Positions 39,729 through 47,932 of a stretch of 64,000 nt of DNA are shown here, piece by piece. The DNA comes from Rickettsiales bacterium (GTDB lineage: Bacteria > Pseudomonadota > Alphaproteobacteria > Rickettsiales > SXRF01), in NCBI GenBank assembly GCA_964231325.1, contig CAXRIF010000003.1, forward strand, positions 1,079,313 through 1,143,312. Reading direction: 5' to 3'. The number at the start of each line of letters is the position of its first letter. Within the stretch, counting starts at the first letter, position 1. The translations under genes were made by a program, and so were the position numbers. The notes below the pieces were generated by a model. The model saw only the letters and a list, made by a program, of their open reading frames with translations. It did not search any database and was not told the DNA's origin.

Positions 39729-41536
39729 GACCTACCCGTGAAATTATTGGCCAGTTTAGTTTGCATATTTTTTACAAACTTGCTTCCAGGAGGCGCCATA
39801 CTTCCTACACCGAAGGTAGGGATGGATAATGACTCACCGGAGATACCACTACCAATAAATGGCAAGTATTCTAGCATCAGCATAAATATATATCCCGTGA
39901 CCACCGCCATTAAGATAGAAATAAACAAATTAATAATATATGGCTCGTAATGATTGGGTAAAAAGTTCTCCGGATCTGGGTTTATCAAACAGGAGGGAAT
40001 ATGTCCCGGCTGATCTTTGCCAGGATTATTTCGACATTGCTCATACCTGTCATATGCGTTTTTGACATCAAGGTCTGGCATATTGGGGTTGCCTGTATAT
40101 GACCTGGATAGATAAGCCAGCTTAGCTATATTCGCCCCCGTGATCGGGATGCTTGTTTTAAAAATATGCTGATCCCCTAATATGTCGTAAATATCACTTT
40201 GCCACTGGCTCACCATAGGGGTGATTTCTTCGCCAATGGTGCCCAACACCCCTGAATCATGCTTGTTGATCGCTGAATCTGTTTGACACTCCTCTTCCGC
40301 GCACGCCTCTTCCACAGGGTTATGGTTGATCTGAACGGCTGCTTCGCCATGCTTTATTTCATAATAAATTTCTTTAGCATGCATCCATTGCCCGAAACTT
40401 ACATATACACCCGGAATTGGATCATCTGGCCCGTGATCAATATGCCCACCAACCACAGCACGATAAAGTGAACGATCACCGTCGAATACTATTGAGTCAT
40501 AGGCTGCGAGCATCATGGTAAGATAAACAAAGATAAAAATAGGCTGCAGTACAAAACCAATAGTAAGCCTTAGCCATTTTTCAAAATACGCCTTGGTAGC
40601 GCGAAACAGCACCATCGGAATAAAAATAGGCGATATAAGAATCATCAAAGCAAAAGCAATATAAGCAGATATGAAAATATACACTGCGCGTGCAATCGCC
40701 ATTAATAACATGGATATCAACATAAAACCGAGTAACCCAATAAAGAACCCGACAACACTCGATAAAAAAGTAGCGATCAAGAAACCAACCACACCCGCCA
40801 TAAGAGAGATAGGAGAAAATATGCCACCCACCAATGAGTCAAGCGTACAATCCACTACGTCCCACACTCCGAAAATTGCGTGGCTAAACACCTGCTCTGG
40901 CAATAAATCTGGATCAAAAATAGGACAGTTCTCGACCAGTGATGAGTCTATAACGGCATAGCCCACGATTATGCCCAGAAAGTCCTCCATGGCATCCAGT
41001 ATCATACCAAATAATCCACCATGCTCATTGTCTGGGTCAAAATAGACAGCAGCAAAGTTATCGGTAAACATGACAACCATGCCAATTTTAACCGCCAGCA
41101 AAAACGCTTCTCGCGTTGATGCCTCACGATGGCCACCGGCCATTTGTATCCCCCAAATAGCCACAGCAAGCGTAGCCATGATGGCAATCAGTTTAGCAAA
41201 ATACTCTGAAAACGGAACCAGCACATAATAGACCGCCGATACGATCGACTCCTTAACGCACAGCACAATACGCTTGGTGAACCCGTACTTGAGCATATTC
41301 TGATCTCTGGAAAGGTCTCCCTCAATAGGACAAACCCTTATAAATGTCGTTGGGTCGCTACCAGGAGGAGGTGGAGGGCCTATTGTGTTGCCAGGGTCCG
41401 TAAGATCATACACCCCGTAAGGCTCATCAAAATCGTACGAAAAAGCCTCTTGCGGAAACAACATAAAGATTCCACAAAATACCAGCCATATTGCTAATGA
41501 ATATGACTTGCTATTTTTTAAGGTCCTTCGCAGCAA
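39725..41536 (-). CDS. virB6: type IV secretion VirB6/TrbL-family protein (paralog 1)
   Basis: 603 aa, polytopic. Contains PMVLFRATKAYFEKWLRLTIGFVLQPIFIF. Overlaps the virB4 3' end by 26 nt. Confidence 0.8.
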   Translation of the reverse strand: MLRRTLKNSKSYSLAIWLVFCGIFMLFPQEAFSYDFDEPYGVYDLTDPGNTIGPPPPPGSDPTTFIRVCPIEGDLSRDQNMLKYGFTKRIVLCVKESIVSAVYYVLVPFSEYFAKLIAIMATLAVAIWGIQMAGGHREASTREAFLLAVKIGMVVMFTDNFAAVYFDPDNEHGGLFGMILDAMEDFLGIIVGYAVIDSSLVENCPIFDPDLLPEQVFSHAIFGVWDVVDCTLDSLVGGIFSPISLMAGVVGFLIATFLSSVVGFFIGLLGFMLISMLLMAIARAVYIFISAYIAFALMILISPIFIPMVLFRATKAYFEKWLRLTIGFVLQPIFIFVYLTMMLAAYDSIVFDGDRSLYRAVVGGHIDHGPDDPIPGVYVSFGQWMHAKEIYYEIKHGEAAVQINHNPVEEACAEEECQTDSAINKHDSGVLGTIGEEITPMVSQWQSDIYDILGDQHIFKTSIPITGANIAKLAYLSRSYTGNPNMPDLDVKNAYDRYEQCRNNPGKDQPGHIPSCLINPDPENFLPNHYEPYIINLFISILMAVVTGYIFMLMLEYLPFIGSGISGESLSIPTFGVGSMAPPGSKFVKNMQTKLANNFTGRS

Positions 41537-43937
41537 ATTTTTCTTTCTCCATTCTTACTCTCTCCTGAAAGTGATTCATCCAAGCTTCCGGAGCATCACC
41601 ATATCGCTCACGTACTTCATCTAATATAGCTATGGTTTCGGCACGTGCAGATAACACGTTGATCACATCATCCATCCCAGACAAATCTATTCGCGCCACC
41701 ACGACATCTTTTCCTTGTTTAACCAGAAAATAACGGCTGCCGGGATCTGTAGTTTTGAGTAGATTAAACTCTCTATCACTGACCATGAATGCTTTCTTGT
41801 ATGCATCTGTAGCTTTAGGGTTTGGCAGGAATATTTGTGTAGCCGTTTGCTGAATCAGCGTTTCACTAATCTCACTGTTAGTGGCGTCCTCCACGCTTTG
41901 TGTAGCGAACACAACCATACCATTTAGTTTACGCAGTGTTTTAAGCCAATCACGAATACGACCAGCAAACACCTTGTTATCAATTAGTGCCCACGCTTCA
42001 TCAAGTACAATAATAGTTGGCGTGCCATCCAGTGATAGGCTGATGCGATGAAACAAATAGAGGAGTGTTGGTTCCAGACTTACGCGCTCTTTAAGCACCT
42101 CTCCCATCTCGAACCCAAAAGCATTACCAATAGAAAAGTCGATAATGTCTTCCTCATTGTCAAAAAGACCTGCATATGGCCCTCCGCTATGCCACATTTT
42201 CAGACGCCCTGCGATTGTACCCGGCCCTTCAATCCCAAGAAAAGGAGCAATGTTGCGCAGTATTCTATTTTTCTTTTCTAATTTATAATTACCAGAAACC
42301 GCGTCGTTAATGCGCTCCATATCATCAGCGGTAAACGGTTCATCATGTACCGTAACTAACGTATGTAACCACTCAGCCAAAAAGGTTCTGTTCTCCGGAG
42401 TGTCTGGTAATTGTAGCGGGTTAAATCGGCATTGCTTTCCAGGCTCAATAATAGTGTATTTGCCGCCAATCGCTCGAATAAACACTTCTGCGCCACGGTC
42501 TTTATCGAAAAAGAAGGTTCGGCAATTAAATTTTTGTGCTTGTGCGCACATAAAATTTAACAGTACCGTCTTACCCGCACCGGTCGGTCCGATAATAGTA
42601 GTATGCCCAACATCACGATTATGAAAATTGAAGAAATATGGCGTACCAGACGACGTATCAAAAACCGTAACCGCATCTCCCCAATGGTTGTTGTTAATCT
42701 TACCCGTGGGATAATTATGCAAGCTGGCAAAACCCGCTAAGTTGAGCGTGCTAATATCTGAACCACGTGCGATATATTCAAAATTTGCAGGAAGCTGTGC
42801 CCAGAAAGACGGCTCCATCACAAATTTTTCTCGTGCAGGATTGATACCTATGTTTACAAGTTCTGCAATTGCAAGAGATAGCACTCTTTCCAGATCCTGC
42901 ATATTTTCTTCAAAACACATGACGGTGAGCTGATGGGGCCCAAAGGCCACATGTCCACTCATCGCCATATCTAGCGCATCACTAATCTCCGCTATCTGCG
43001 ATATAGCCGCATCTTCAGCGGCCATCATACGGCGTTGCCGTATTTGCATACGGTTGATATTCACGCTCCGATTATGAAAAGTAAACGACTGCGAAATAAT
43101 AAACTCAAACGGCAATTGCAAGAAACCATCCAGCAACCCAGCCGCCGTTGCTGGCGCATATTCCTTGATGCTAATCAATCCTGCGAAACGCTTACGTGGC
43201 GCACCCGTCACCTCAATAACACGATCGCCAAAATATTTGCGATAGATCGGTAGGGCATGCGATATTTCTGAAGCATTATAACGTACAGGGTGTGAAAATC
43301 CGCAATTCACCAGCTTCGATAAAAACTCCAAGGGCTCAGAAAAAGTGCCATGCTCATTTTCATATGTTGTCAACAAGCGAGCACCGTAATCTTTCAAAGT
43401 TGCACATAAACGATTCACTGTCTCCGCCAGCTCTTTATGCGCCTCATGCATTGTTTCTGCCTGAGCAACCTTATCACTGATTTCAGACGCCTTCTTCAGA
43501 TAGTGATGAACTTTTGCCGCCCCCTTCGTATCGGCTTTCCTTACAACTGTAATGTAGAGTTCGTTTATGTATGAATCTTTTGAATGATGTTTTTCGTGCC
43601 ATAATTTATCTACGTGAGAAGCAAAACCCGGGGGCTGCTTTCCATCCGGATATGCACTTTGACGGCGACGCACGGTATGAAACCACAAGGCGAACGTACC
43701 ATCCGCCATACTTTTGAGAAGTGAATTGCGCACCATTTTACGCATATCAACATCTTCATCATCAGCTGTTTCGAATGAAAAACCATCCAGCTTGATTATC
43801 TGGATAAATTCCTTTTTCTTCGTAACGATAGTTTCTTTATCCCAGTGATAGTGATACGGAATAAATTCGGACTCTGAAACTTCCTGTTTGGAATATGCGG
43901 CTTTATTTGTTTTACGGCGTTGTAGCTGGCTAATCAT
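41511..43937 (-). CDS. virB4: type IV secretion ATPase VirB4
   Basis: 808 aa. Walker A (GPTGAGKTV), Walker B (IIVLDEAW) and FATQS. Confidence 0.95.
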   Translation of the reverse strand: MISQLQRRKTNKAAYSKQEVSESEFIPYHYHWDKETIVTKKKEFIQIIKLDGFSFETADDEDVDMRKMVRNSLLKSMADGTFALWFHTVRRRQSAYPDGKQPPGFASHVDKLWHEKHHSKDSYINELYITVVRKADTKGAAKVHHYLKKASEISDKVAQAETMHEAHKELAETVNRLCATLKDYGARLLTTYENEHGTFSEPLEFLSKLVNCGFSHPVRYNASEISHALPIYRKYFGDRVIEVTGAPRKRFAGLISIKEYAPATAAGLLDGFLQLPFEFIISQSFTFHNRSVNINRMQIRQRRMMAAEDAAISQIAEISDALDMAMSGHVAFGPHQLTVMCFEENMQDLERVLSLAIAELVNIGINPAREKFVMEPSFWAQLPANFEYIARGSDISTLNLAGFASLHNYPTGKINNNHWGDAVTVFDTSSGTPYFFNFHNRDVGHTTIIGPTGAGKTVLLNFMCAQAQKFNCRTFFFDKDRGAEVFIRAIGGKYTIIEPGKQCRFNPLQLPDTPENRTFLAEWLHTLVTVHDEPFTADDMERINDAVSGNYKLEKKNRILRNIAPFLGIEGPGTIAGRLKMWHSGGPYAGLFDNEEDIIDFSIGNAFGFEMGEVLKERVSLEPTLLYLFHRISLSLDGTPTIIVLDEAWALIDNKVFAGRIRDWLKTLRKLNGMVVFATQSVEDATNSEISETLIQQTATQIFLPNPKATDAYKKAFMVSDREFNLLKTTDPGSRYFLVKQGKDVVVARIDLSGMDDVINVLSARAETIAILDEVRERYGDAPEAWMNHFQERVRMEKEKFAAKDLKK

Positions 43938-43944
43938 AATTTAC

Positions 43945-44244
43945 TCAATACGGGTCATAAGAATTGTTGTTTTTGTGATAGCCTCGATTGGTACATTTGA
44001 GCCCCTTACTCGCCTTAATAACCAAAAGCTCAATAGCACGCGGCTCTTTCAAACAAATCAGATAACCAATCAAATGCATAACCGGCGCGACAAATAGCAA
44101 CGTTGTAAAACTTTGCATGTTAATGAAAACAATTAGATTCACCGCGGCATTGATTACGAAGTACATGTAGCTCACCCCAAGGATCATTGTGGGGCGAGTC
44201 AAGCCCTGAAAAAGCGGATCAGATTGAAGGCGTCCAGATGACAT
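43945..44244 (-). CDS. virB3: type IV secretion protein VirB3
   Basis: 99 aa. DPLFQGLTRPTMILGVSY plus two TM helices. Immediately upstream of virB4. Confidence 0.9.
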   Translation of the reverse strand: MSSGRLQSDPLFQGLTRPTMILGVSYMYFVINAAVNLIVFINMQSFTTLLFVAPVMHLIGYLICLKEPRAIELLVIKASKGLKCTNRGYHKNNNSYDPY

Positions 44245-44340
44245 ATTACAAAATCCTCGTTAGCAATTGTTTTTACAATAGGTTACTTAATAAACCATGA
44301 AGAGATAACTCCATTTTCTACTCTTAAAATAATAACATAG

Positions 44341-44362
44341 TTTTGTTGCAGTTTTGTTGCAG
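44341..44362. repeat. perfect 11-bp tandem duplication (TTTTGTTGCAG x2) in the virB3/dadA divergent intergenic region
   Basis: Read directly: ttttgttgcag ttttgttgcag. It lies about 100 nt upstream of virB3 and about 120 nt upstream of dadA. Confidence 0.9.
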
Positions 44363-44482
44363 CGGCTACTTTATATGAGTAAAATGGCCGAATGTCGCAA
44401 TTCCACGCTGGAAATTAGTGTGCTAAACCGTATATCTTTGATAGTATCGTCACCAAGCAAACCAATCATTATATTGTAATAT

Positions 44483-45724
44483 ATGAATATTTTAATACTC
44501 GGCGCCGGCTTACTCGGAGTGAGCACTGCATATGAGCTCGGCAAACGCGGCTTCAACGTAACCGTTTTAGAAAGACAGCCAGAATGCGCTGCAGAAGGCA
44601 GCTATTCTAATGGCGCCCAACTCAGCTATAGTCATGCAGAGCCCTGGGCCAGTCATTTTATTTTACCCAAACTTCCTTTCTGGCTCCTCAACCCCAAGGC
44701 ACCACTTATATTTTCCCCCCGCGCTGACTGGCACATGAACAAATGGATAGCTGGTTTTTTACGCAACTGCACCCCCGCACGAGCCCGCAGGAACTGCCTG
44801 ACCATCTTGAGACTAGGACTATACAGCAAACAAGAATATGCCCGCATCCGAAAGGAAACCGGCATTGAATTTAGCTTTTCAGATAACGGAATACTACGTA
44901 TTTACACAACGCAGGCAGACTTTGACCACGCAAAAAAACATAGCGCCTTTCAAGCCAAGTTTGGTTGCACCGAACGCATCTTAAGCCGTGATCAATGCAT
45001 CACTTTGGAGCCTTCTTTAGAGCATTCGTCAGGCACAATCGTCGGAGGCATCCATGCCATTATGGATGAAGTGGGTGATGCTTATGAGTATTGCCATGCA
45101 CTAGAAAAAGTGGCTGAGACAAAATATGGTGTGAAGTTTATTTACGGAGCAAACATTCAGGAACTGCTGGAAAAAGATGGAAAAATTACTTCTGTAACCA
45201 CGGACAAAGAAACATATGAAGCGGACAGCTTTGTAATGGCTATGGGCCCTCACAGCCCTATCTTTTTAAGGCAGGTAGGTATCGACACCTCTATATATCC
45301 CATGAAAGGATATAGCATCACGATGGAGGCAAATGAATTTTGTCCTATTTCGAGCATTACTGATAACAGCCATAAAATTGTGCTTACGCGTATTGGAAAC
45401 AGACTTCGTGTCGCAGGCACCGCTGAACTATCAGGCTACAATAACGGTATCAACATGAAGCGTGTTACCCCCATCATCGATGCGGCAAAAGAGCTATTAC
45501 CAAAAGCAAACTGGGATCAAGAGATTCAAAGCTGGGCATGCCTACGCCCCACCACACCTGATGGCCCTCCATTGCTTGGAAAAACCCCCTATAGCAACTT
45601 ATTTCTAAATACTGGACATGGCACTCTCGGCTGGACGCAGGCAGCTGGAAGCGCTAGCATCGTTGCCGATATTATAGAAGGCAATGAACCCCAAATTAAT
45701 ATGAATGGACTGACACTCAGATGA
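44483..45724 (+). CDS. dadA: D-amino acid dehydrogenase (FAD-dependent)
   Basis: MNILILGAGLLGVSTAYEL (GxGxxG), YPMKGYSIT and LNTGHGTLGWT are collinear with E. coli DadA. Confidence 0.88.
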   Translation: MNILILGAGLLGVSTAYELGKRGFNVTVLERQPECAAEGSYSNGAQLSYSHAEPWASHFILPKLPFWLLNPKAPLIFSPRADWHMNKWIAGFLRNCTPARARRNCLTILRLGLYSKQEYARIRKETGIEFSFSDNGILRIYTTQADFDHAKKHSAFQAKFGCTERILSRDQCITLEPSLEHSSGTIVGGIHAIMDEVGDAYEYCHALEKVAETKYGVKFIYGANIQELLEKDGKITSVTTDKETYEADSFVMAMGPHSPIFLRQVGIDTSIYPMKGYSITMEANEFCPISSITDNSHKIVLTRIGNRLRVAGTAELSGYNNGINMKRVTPIIDAAKELLPKANWDQEIQSWACLRPTTPDGPPLLGKTPYSNLFLNTGHGTLGWTQAAGSASIVADIIEGNEPQINMNGLTLR

Positions 45725-46437
45725 GAGACGATAGTATAAGTTTAGAGGACTACTCAAAAAAAAGCTCGCTGGACGATGTATATAACATGTTCGCGAACCT
45801 AGGGGACTTCAAGAATTTCTTTTATGATTGGGGTGGATTAAACGAATGGCTATTCCTGCAAATCAATAGTCTTCGTGGCGGCACTTATGATACAGTAATG
45901 CTCCTGATTACCAAACTGGGAGATCATAAAATTTTCCCCTATGTTCTAATCGGACTGCTTGGCTATGTATTTGTTGCCTCCATTTTTCGCAAACTTTCTG
46001 GACGTGGGGCCATCAAGCCCAGACTAGTAATGTGGTTTGGCATTTTTACAGTGCTAATAGCCGGCTTTGCCGTGAATGGCCTATTTACAATTTATGCCAA
46101 AGATTATTTTGAATACGAACGTCCCTATGTTGCGCTCGAGTCAAAGGATGTGCACTTACTGGAACCTCAGGAAATTGATGATGATAAGCGTAGTTTCCCG
46201 AGCGGACATGTTGGCTTCATCACTTTTCTTATAATTAGTCTGTGGCCAGCGTTCAGAGATGATTGGAAATGGTACAGCTTACTTGTGGTTGCAGCTGTTG
46301 GCTGGACACGGGTCTCACTAGGGGTGCATTATCCTGCAGATGTGCTGTGGAGCTTCCTATTCACCACCACTATTATCATCACGGTACGTGCCGTAACTTA
46401 TACTATTTTGCGCAAACTCTTTAACGTCGTCTGCTGA
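45721..46437 (+). CDS. PAP2-family membrane phosphatase
   Basis: KDYFEYERP (K-x6-RP), PSGH and TRVSLGVHYPAD (R-x5-H-x3-D). ATGA overlap with dadA. Confidence 0.82.
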   Translation: MRDDSISLEDYSKKSSLDDVYNMFANLGDFKNFFYDWGGLNEWLFLQINSLRGGTYDTVMLLITKLGDHKIFPYVLIGLLGYVFVASIFRKLSGRGAIKPRLVMWFGIFTVLIAGFAVNGLFTIYAKDYFEYERPYVALESKDVHLLEPQEIDDDKRSFPSGHVGFITFLIISLWPAFRDDWKWYSLLVVAAVGWTRVSLGVHYPADVLWSFLFTTTIIITVRAVTYTILRKLFNVVC

Positions 46438-47297
46438 TGTCGCCAGACGTTCAGTATTGCAATATTCCTGCGACCGACACCATTGCAGCACATCGCCTAG
46501 CTTACTATGATTGGGGAGACAAAACCGCTGACAAAACAGTTCTCTGCGTACATGGCCTTACCAGAAATGCACGTGACTTTGATTTTCTAGCAAAAGCACT
46601 AGACAGCAACTACAGAGTTATCTCCGTAGACATCGCAGGGCGCGGAAAGAGTCATTACCTATCTGATCCGGCAAGCTATAATTATACAACCTATGCCACA
46701 GACATGGCGACCTTCATTCATATTCTCGGACTAAAAGATATTCATTGGGTTGGCACCTCGATGGGCGGCATCATCGGTATGATGCTAATCAATATGCTGC
46801 CCGGTGTTATTCGTTCGCTTACTTTAAATGATATTGGCTGCCTGATACCTGCTTCTGGCCTTAAGCGCATTCTGGCTTATGCAGGCAACAACACAATATT
46901 TGAAACCCGCTCTTTGGCGGAGCAAGCCTTACGTAGCAATTGCCAATCGTTTGGCATTACTAATGAAGAGCATTGGCAGCATTTATTTGTGCATAGCATT
47001 ATTGAAGAAAATGGGAAGATCCGGCTTGCCTACGACCCACATATTACTGATAGCTTACCACCTGCCGATAAAGCTGAAGACGTTGAAATGTGGCCAATGT
47101 GGGAGGCCGTGAGCAAGATACCCACTCTGCTTATTCGTGGTGAAAACTCTGATATTCTTCTAAGGGAAACCGCCCTAAACATGCAGACCACTCATCCACA
47201 GCTTACGCTTGCAGAAATAGCTAATACAGGGCACGCTCCGATGCTGATGGATGACGCGCAGATAAAACTAATTAGAGAGTGGCTAGAGACAGTATAA
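46437..47297 (+). CDS. alpha/beta hydrolase
   Basis: HGLTRNARDF, nucleophile elbow VGTSMGG and a C-terminal GHAP. TGATG overlap with the PAP2 gene. Confidence 0.82.
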   Translation: MSPDVQYCNIPATDTIAAHRLAYYDWGDKTADKTVLCVHGLTRNARDFDFLAKALDSNYRVISVDIAGRGKSHYLSDPASYNYTTYATDMATFIHILGLKDIHWVGTSMGGIIGMMLINMLPGVIRSLTLNDIGCLIPASGLKRILAYAGNNTIFETRSLAEQALRSNCQSFGITNEEHWQHLFVHSIIEENGKIRLAYDPHITDSLPPADKAEDVEMWPMWEAVSKIPTLLIRGENSDILLRETALNMQTTHPQLTLAEIANTGHAPMLMDDAQIKLIREWLETV

Positions 47298-47299
47298 AA

Positions 47300-47506
47300 T
47301 TACTGCGCACAAACGGCGAGTGGCGCAAGTGCTGGCTGCATAGAGATTCCCAAGATTAGCAACGCAAGCGCCATAGCATAGGTCAGCTTCACACGCTCCT
47401 CGGTGCCGTACATAAGGTCGATTAATTTTTCGCCCAGATTTTTTGCAGAATCAAAGGCAGGCTTAAACGCATGATCGTGAATTGCGATAGCTTTAGTGCG
47501 TGGCAT
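47300..47506 (-). CDS. hypothetical small protein with C-terminal hydrophobic helix
   Basis: 68-aa version (MPRTKAIAIHD...) of the 142-aa track ORF. GAAGGGGGA Shine-Dalgarno site 4 nt upstream. The longer form would overlap rpsU and its terminator. Confidence 0.45.
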   Translation of the reverse strand: MPRTKAIAIHDHAFKPAFDSAKNLGEKLIDLMYGTEERVKLTYAMALALLILGISMQPALAPLAVCAQ

Positions 47507-47539
47507 AAATCCCCCTTCGTGTGTGTTATCAACAGCCTC

Positions 47540-47568
47540 ATTATAACAAATACGCTGTGTTTTGTTAA
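47540..47568 (-). promoter_or_regulatory. sigma70-like promoter candidate for the 68-aa gene
   Basis: On the minus strand, TTAACA (47568-47563), a 17-nt spacer, then TATAAT (47545-47540). Confidence 0.35.
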
Positions 47569-47614
47569 TAAAAAACGCACGGGAAAGCCTTATTGGGGCT
47601 AACATCCGTGCGTT
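47567..47614 (-). terminator. Rho-independent terminator of rpsU
   Basis: 9-bp stem AACGCACGG/CCGTGCGTT (47614-47606 / 47582-47574) followed by a U-rich tract. It lies 20 nt downstream of the rpsU stop. Confidence 0.6.
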
Positions 47615-47633
47615 TAATAAGAAAAGAGAAACG

Positions 47634-47837
47634 TTAGTCGTTTCTATCGGCGTTTTTACGAGCCATCTTGCGAGCCCTTCTCTTCGACTCCGCTGCTTGA
47701 CGCACACGGGCCTCGGAAGGTTTTTCATAATGACGACGCATTTTCATCTCGCGGAAAAGACCTTCGCGCTGCATTTTCTTTTTCAATGCGCGCAGAGCCT
47801 GATCAACATTGTTATCACGTACAACTACTTCAACCAA
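47634..47837 (-). CDS. rpsU: 30S ribosomal protein S21
   Basis: 67 aa. [37 protein letters not shown]. Confidence 0.94.
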   Translation of the reverse strand: MVEVVVRDNNVDQALRALKKKMQREGLFREMKMRRHYEKPSEARVRQAAESKRRARKMARKNADRND

Positions 47838-47932
47838 AAAAATATACCCCCTTCCGGGATAATCGAATTAAAGACGAACTATGATAATAACAAAGGACTG
47901 AGCGGCTGTCAAAGCAATAAAGCTAATATCCA

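Noticed and set aside
47507-47728. N-terminal 74 aa of the 142-aa ORF 47300..47728
   Set aside because: It would overlap rpsU and read through the rpsU terminator. An internal ATG at 47506 has a strong Shine-Dalgarno site and its own promoter-like boxes.
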